In this document: positions 59,301 to 64,000 of the stretch, one piece after another | How the letters are laid out: each line of letters opens with the position of its first letter | Position numbering within the stretch: the first letter of the stretch is position 1 | Assembly (NCBI RefSeq): GCF_021869535.1 | Contig: NW_026262690.1 | Span: 93,248,001-93,312,000 of the forward strand | Direction: 5' to 3' | Source of the DNA: Mytilus californianus | Lineage: Eukaryota | DNA: 64,000 nucleotides | Position numbers and translations under genes: made by a program | Notes under the pieces: generated by a model | What the model was told of the DNA's origin: nothing | Database searches by the model: none | The model's input: only the letters and a program-made list of their open reading frames with translations

Positions 59301-62269
59301 TAAAATTTGTCCCCGAAATGCTTGGGGATGAATGAAATTTTAGAAATGACCAGTGATAAAATTCCATCAAGGAAAAACAAATTATAAAATAAAACATATC
59401 ACTGGTAAAAACTGAGATGTTTCTCATGTCATGAACATTATTGAAGGTGTTTGGAAGGGGTAGGCGGGTGGTAAATTGAATTCTAGCACTGTTATACTGT
59501 CAACTTAGTTTGACTGCTTTGAACCAAGAAACTGATTACACAAAGACCATGCATATGGCTTAAAACACAGATTTTGGGTACATCAATCATCTAGTGGGAG
59601 GAGACTGATATCACTGACCTTCAGTTATTATATACTAATTAATGTGTAATTATTTTTATGGGAACTGAAATTATCCTGCCTTTCACCACAAACAGTGAAT
59701 AATTGTAACATGTATCTGATTAAGAACAGATTAGTTTGTCCCCTGGTGAGATTGCAGTGTAACTTCAAAGTGTCAAATGCCAGGGAAATTAATCTCAAGA
59801 TGTAGCAAGTGGTCTCTGTATGTTAATTAAATGTATCCAAGATGTTAGCATGTTTATAAGAAAGATTAATTATCAAGTTGGCTGGGAATATTGTTTGTAT
59901 AAACAATACTTATATTACATATAAGTATCCTATGTATAATGCCGCCTTCAAAACAAGGGACACCCACTTTGTAATTATGCAGCAAACTCTGATTTGTAAG
60001 GCATTCTCAGGCTAGCAGGTCAGTTTTGATGGGCTAGCAGTTCTTCCAACAGGGCTAGTTAAATCCTGCTGCAAATAAGTCCTGGGCTAGTTACCTGTAA
60101 CAAAAATTTTTAACCCCTGAAGTATTTACCCACTTTGAAATAAACACATTTTACTACAGTTGATTATCAAACATACATTTTCATTCTCAGCTTTCATTTT
60201 TGTGGAAACAGATGACATCCCTATATAAGCACAAGATGTAATTTTCACAACCTTAAAGTATTGTACATATCTTGAACAGTACATATTTTTTTAACTTTGA
60301 TGTATCCACATAATTGAAATTTCGTTTAAATAAAAAAACACAAGGCAAGTTTAGTTGGGCAAATAATTAGTCTCTGTTCAAAATCTGACTGATAAACTGA
60401 TGGATTTTTGTCATTTTGATGGTGTAAAAATAGGGGTTAAACACTATCAGAGTTAACTTCTTTATGATTTTTTAGTTTTGTTATTCCAGAGTTACCTAAC
60501 TTTGCTCAGAAAAAAGGTATACTTGTTCACATGTACAGTAACTCATGTTTGCCTGGACAGAATATAGAATTTTGTACAAAAACTACATGAATGTAGGATT
60601 GAAGATAGTAATAAAGGATCTTTTTGATTTTTGATTGTTTATCAGGTGATTGAGTAACTAACTAAACCTTTTTCACAACTGTTCAATGAAAAAAATCGAA
60701 ATTTCAATCTAGGAATATTTAAAAAAAATTAGTGAATGGGAACACCATATGGTTATTTTTTTTTAGAAAATTGAAATTTTCTTGAAAATGGATGTTTTGG
60801 AAAATGTAAACATAGCATAAGTTTTAATTTTTTATGCTGAATGGTAATTTTTTTATTATAACTATGATATCTAATGGATTTACAATTGATTACATGAACT
60901 ATTTATATATATTTTTTTAACTTTATTTTCCCTCTCTGTTGCAGGACAATGTCGCCTTCCCAAAAGAAGTAAATTTTGCCAGATTTTACTACATGGACAA
61001 GTTTATATTACTGACATCAGGGAATACTTTATACATGTACAAATATCACTTAGAACAGACTAAAGATGATATTAAAAGGTGAAAATGTACATTTATTTAA
61101 TGTACAGATAGAAAAAAAGTGGACAGTCAAAACAATAAACTAAAAAAAAGACATCATGACCAAAAGAAAAAAAACCAAACAATAGTCCACAAAACACTAC
61201 AAAGACAGAACAATATTGTGTTATCCATTAGAACACTAAAGATTTAGTTAAATGAACCCCAGCAAAAAGTTGGGCAAACTCAGGTTCTTTGAAAGGGTGA
61301 AAAGTTCATACTCTAATTTAAGATGAAAGGAGGTTTGTTACTATAAAGGTTTTAATTTCCATCTTGAAGGTCAAGAAAGCCAACTTTTTCAGCTTGTGTG
61401 AGAAATTGTGTTTATAACTCAAAAGAATCACAAATAAAAGTTTTTGTAAGGGACAGCTTGCCTTATTTGATTGTCTTCATCTTTGTTAATGCTGACGTCT
61501 GTAGTTTCCACGAAAACAGCATATTCACATGCTGAGAACAAAAGTTCTGTTTGAAAAATTATTGGAGACAGCTTTAAGCTGTTAAACTAGACAAGTATTT
61601 AGGACATGTGGAATGTTAAAGTTACATATGATTTTATTTAACTTCTGTTTGTTGTTGGTATAGAAATATTTCCCATAAGGAATTTTCTGGAATAAATGGA
61701 GCCCATACACAGTATTTTATTTTCCATTTCCCATATTCAAAGTTGTAACTAATTCAGAATTTTTGAACATCTGAAAGATATAGTTGCTACTTGTTATTGA
61801 TGAGGTTGGATTACTTTTTGGGGAAGTTCACAAATAACATTTTACGTAAATAAATTGCCATAAATTCGTTCATCCACACTGCTCATCTGTTGCCTATGAA
61901 ATCTAACTTGAAAAATTGTACAAATGAGCTGTTTATCATGATTGAAATAATCAAAAATAGCTTTCACATCTTTTGTTTAATGGTTACAGTATTTTTACCA
62001 ATTTAGTAAATTATTTTTCTTAAAGTTATCTCCCTTCTATAGATAAAAAACTAAATATAAAAAAAAACATTGAATTGTTGTTAATGTAATATTAATGAGA
62101 TGGATAAACATTCCAAGGGTCACATATGTTTATTTATTTATAATAGTCTTGGTTTTCCAATATTTATATTACAGGTACTTGAGTACTAGCAAATACAAGC
62201 AAGTTACGTCATTCTCCATTGAATCTCAACAGATTACTGCGGCATCAGCTGTCAATGGCTTCTATTCTT
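44217..62269 (+). CDS. WDR27: WD repeat-containing protein 27, first 18 coding exons (3' incomplete)
   Basis: Phase-consistent GT-AG exon chain. Diagnostic matches to WDR27 as I recall it: LEGHRKTLRCMCFG, ISEDRTFKVWD, KDQPITFHHKVKSSGY, YPMKCAPP, FSDDGQYLA, GHNNNVNGISWSHDGNWLL, ARFYYMDKFILL, KYHLEQTKDDIKRY, SAVNGFYS. Confidence 0.93.
44838..45260 (+). mobile_element. RTE-clade LINE 3' remnant in WDR27 intron 1
   Basis: ISLKTKIRIYTINVKSVLLYG, CLRKICKIFW, WIGHVFR, KRGRPKETWRR, LGKTWKE; disrupted. Confidence 0.85.
45718..45859 (+). CDS. WDR27: WDR27 exon 2
   Basis: cctatag|PLELEGHRKTLRCMCFG...AVSK|gtactt. Confidence 0.9.
47547..47671 (+). CDS. WDR27: WDR27 exon 3
   Basis: ttttacag|GNQVKGKVIGTTLGCIQYCSFSPDDRLVAACCENDVIILEVK|gtttac. 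Confidence 0.9.
48572..48685 (+). CDS. WDR27: WDR27 exon 4
   Basis: cattgtag|NEKVLATVEGHTARLTGAEFCPHYTSTLVTISEDRTFK|gtaaga. Confidence 0.93.
49123..49245 (+). CDS. WDR27: WDR27 exon 5
   Basis: attttag|VWDISDFSLVYQSQ...GTADGQ|gtaagt. Confidence 0.93.
49716..49833 (+). CDS. WDR27: WDR27 exon 6
   Basis: attgaag|VRVYDLTDGNGFRCLHQLDVEK...PSQ|gtaata. Confidence 0.85.
49842..49971. repeat. 33-bp minisatellite x4 just after the WDR27 exon 6 donor
   Basis: Unit gttatttgattggttaatgtttctgaaaactga. Confidence 0.9.
50255..50450 (+). CDS. WDR27: WDR27 exon 7
   Basis: tttgtag|GPVKISSRPSWK...HENTLL|gtaagt. Confidence 0.85.
50976..51079 (+). CDS. WDR27: WDR27 exon 8
   Basis: ttttttag|DLLDASPMLCIGTTGSLLQINAKTLDVYRYFDLQ|gtaagt. 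Confidence 0.88.
51444..51535 (+). CDS. WDR27: WDR27 exon 9
   Basis: tttatag|...ILDMDTVVLNAAGSVYFSQGSSPDQ|gtaaga. Confidence 0.85.
51999..52198 (+). CDS. WDR27: WDR27 exon 10
   Basis: ttttcag|IWCLVGSHFQNTVNVLQW...EGITVLS|gtaggt. Confidence 0.87.
52424..52607. mobile_element. Small MITE-like element
   Basis: atagaccttatcgctattt is inverted as aaatagtgataaggtgtat. Confidence 0.55.
52966..53048 (+). CDS. WDR27: WDR27 exon 11
   Basis: ttcttag|TPLLPNSALRSEMVKKVKEDPKAKKQK|gtattt. Confidence 0.87.
53467..53563 (+). CDS. WDR27: WDR27 exon 12
   Basis: cttacag|GATPQKKPGQMMKDQPITFHHKVKSSGYTETP|gtgatt. Confidence 0.93.
54248..54340 (+). CDS. WDR27: WDR27 exon 13
   Basis: attacag|QTPMFKPQTNFSKSSSS...SSL|gtacag; donor somewhat ambiguous. 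Confidence 0.8.
55116..55225 (+). CDS. WDR27: WDR27 exon 14
   Basis: tttttaag|KSMDKTYPMKCAPPTECHCKIDVAERPTPINRIKFS|gtgagg; alternative acceptor start at 55120. Confidence 0.85.
55617..55706 (+). CDS. WDR27: WDR27 exon 15
   Basis: ttttcag|DDGQYLATALSNKSGHVFKLPLGNKGFSCT|gtaatt. Confidence 0.92.
56915..57090 (+). CDS. WDR27: WDR27 exon 16
   Basis: tttttcag|GHNNNVNGISWSHDGNWLLTSSDDKSAFLW...QKKDK|gtgaga. Confidence 0.92.
57055..57850 (+). repeat. Diverged tandem repeat (about 207-218 bp, x4) starting in WDR27 exon 16
   Basis: atgtctacagata anchors at 57055, 57262, 57471, 57689; shared downstream blocks (cagtgca, tgtcatttgaaaggtag, ggggccaaat). Confidence 0.9.
57942..60119. mobile_element. Putative hAT-like non-autonomous element (2178 bp) with apparent 5-bp TSD
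   Basis: caggggttaaaaa / tttttaacccctg termini; aagta at 57937-57941 and 60120-60124; subterminal gggctag/ctagccc repeats. Confidence 0.7.
60945..61078 (+). CDS. WDR27: WDR27 exon 17
   Basis: ctgttgcag|DNVAFPKEVNFARFYYMDKFILL...KDDIK|gtgaaa. Confidence 0.95.
62175..62269 (+). CDS. WDR27: WDR27 exon 18 (followed by U12-type donor)
   Basis: attacag|YLSTSKYKQVTSFSIESQQITAASAVNGFYS|GTATCCT. Confidence 0.9.
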
Positions 62270-62835
62270 GTATCCTAAACAATAGCAGTTGCACTTTATT
62301 AACTCTAAGTTGTTTTTATGTCACAATAATGTGAGTAAAGATGAAATTTAAACTATTTATGAATAATTACTATTGCATAATTAATTACAAATAATTTGGT
62401 CCAGTTGTTATGTGTAAATCAATCTGCCGATTACTAATAATTATCCATATTAAAAATGATAAATATATTTGTCAAAAGTTAGAATCAATATTTCCAGGCT
62501 AAAAATATCTGAAAAAGATAAATATTTTATCGCTGATGTGAAACCCAAACCATGCTATTGATTTGTAATTATCACTGGTATTTTGCAATGGTGATTAAAT
62601 AGTACTAAAAAACGTATGAAAGAATGTGTGTACAAAGAAGTGTAAACAAATATGGTACAGATGGATAAATTCCTTACATATTTTATAAGATATTGTAATG
62701 TGTGCTGGGACAAATAAGTCTGTTTCTGTGTTTGACATGAATGTCGGGAGGAATGTCAGAATAATGGCTGATGTTCATACCAGACCAGCTCACGTCATAT
62801 GCCAAAATGAGGTTAGTCTGAATAAATATTGTTTT

Positions 62836-63600
62836 CATATATATGTCCTGTCTATCCACCTACGATACTAGAGAAGCATTATGTTTTCTGTGCTATGAAT
62901 TGTCAGTCAATCCTGTATCCATCTGTCTGTCCATCGGTCAGTCTGGCAAATCAGTTATCCACATTTTTTCTCTTTGTTTTTGAAGATATTGATTTGATAT
63001 TTGGTTTATAGTTTCATTATGACCAGGTACAAATCAAGTGTGAATTTTGTTTCGGTCTGATGACTTTGTGCAGAGTTATGGTCCTTGGACTTATAAAAAT
63101 CATGGAAGTAGTCAGTTTTCCACACTTTTTTCCGTCATGCTTGAAGATATTGATTTAGTATTTGGTGTATAGTTTTACCATGACAAGTTACAGATCAAGT
63201 TCGAATTTGACTAGATCTGATGATTTTTTTGGCAGAGTAATTGTCCTCTGACTTAGAAAATTGACGAAAATAATCAGTTTTCCTCACTTTTTTTCGTCAT
63301 GCTTGAAGATAATGATTTGATATTTGGTATATAGTTTTTCCATGACAAGTTACAGATCAAGTTCGAATTAGGTTCAGTTGCAGAGTTTTGGTCCTTGAAA
63401 ATTCATGCAAGTAATCAGTTTTCCTCACTTTTTTATGTTACACTGGAAGATATTGATTTGATATTTGTTATATAGGTCAACCATTACAAGTTACAGATCA
63501 AGTTTGATTTTTGTTCGGTTCAGATGATTTTTTTTGCAGAATTATAGTCCTTGGACCTTGGTGCATACAAGTAATCAGTTTTCTGCACTTTTTTTGTCAT
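62836..63600 (+). mobile_element. Degraded Helentron-type element with tandem units of about 160 bp
   Basis: ccacctacgatactagagaagcattatgttttct head; tctgtc-type microsatellite; gaagatattgatt anchors at 62982, 63143, 63305, 63446. Confidence 0.6.
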
Positions 63601-63714
63601 TTTGTTCCAGTACAATGAATTTTAAACTGGTAGGGGATTATGTATTGCTATGCAATACTCTCAGAATGTCTCATCAGTTTCAAACGGTGCTTATAACCAC
63701 CTCTGAAGTGTATA

Positions 63715-63940
63715 GTAGCATGATCCCCTGTCCGGCTAAAGTAAAGACTTTTAAAAATTGGTATTTGCTGCTTCTCCGAATAATGTCTCTGGATAGGGTG
63801 ACCTTTCTTCCATTTGGGGGCTACCTTTGGACTATCAAAATCTAACTCTGTTGGTTATGTTGATCAGTTTACATTCAAAGTGTGGCATTCTCCGTGCACT
63901 GGCATGGATGTGATTAGCATATTTCTCTAATTTTTACCCA
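63715..63940 (+). mobile_element. Degraded SINE-like repeat
   Basis: aaaattggtatttgctgcttctcc core recognised from memory as a bivalve SINE body. Confidence 0.4.
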
Positions 63941-63967
63941 ATTTAAACTTCCTGACAGGTTGATTTT

Positions 63968-64000
63968 CTTTTTAGCTCACCTGGCCCGAAGGGCCAAATG
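63968..64000 (+). mobile_element. 5' end of a Helentron-type repeat (truncated by window)
   Basis: ttttagctcacctggcccgaagggccaa head with hairpin ggccc-gaa-gggcc. Confidence 0.5.

Overview
AT-rich eukaryotic genomic DNA. The interspersed-repeat vocabulary points to a bivalve mollusc, probably Mytilus (recognised from memory, not searched). Three genes are supported. (1) A class A GPCR with a single coding exon on the minus strand (3046-4284). (2) A complete 10-exon MacroD-type mono-ADP-ribosylhydrolase (MACROD1/2 homologue, + strand, 22526-37680, 537 aa by manual splicing), with a mitochondrial-presequence-like N-terminus and a long acidic tail. (3) The first 18 coding exons of WDR27 (+ strand, 44217-62269), which continues beyond the window. 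The rest is transposon debris: Penelope-like RT fragments, RTE and CR1/L2 LINE 3' ends, tRNA-derived SINEs, PIF/Harbinger-, hAT- and Tc1-like non-autonomous elements with clean TSDs, Helentron-type elements and minisatellites. The most striking signal is a set of duplications that span splice junctions: 7 tandem donors after MACROD exon 4, 4 echoes of the WDR27 exon 16 end, and two single ghost junctions. Older copies tend to have lost the GT or AG. Also notable are a U12-type donor in WDR27, a 34-nt micro-exon whose frame is rescued by a tandem acceptor, a SINE-derived higher-order minisatellite, and two unrelated MITEs inserted at the same base of a minisatellite unit. Exon coordinates were derived by hand from GT-AG sites and phase continuity, with no transcript evidence.
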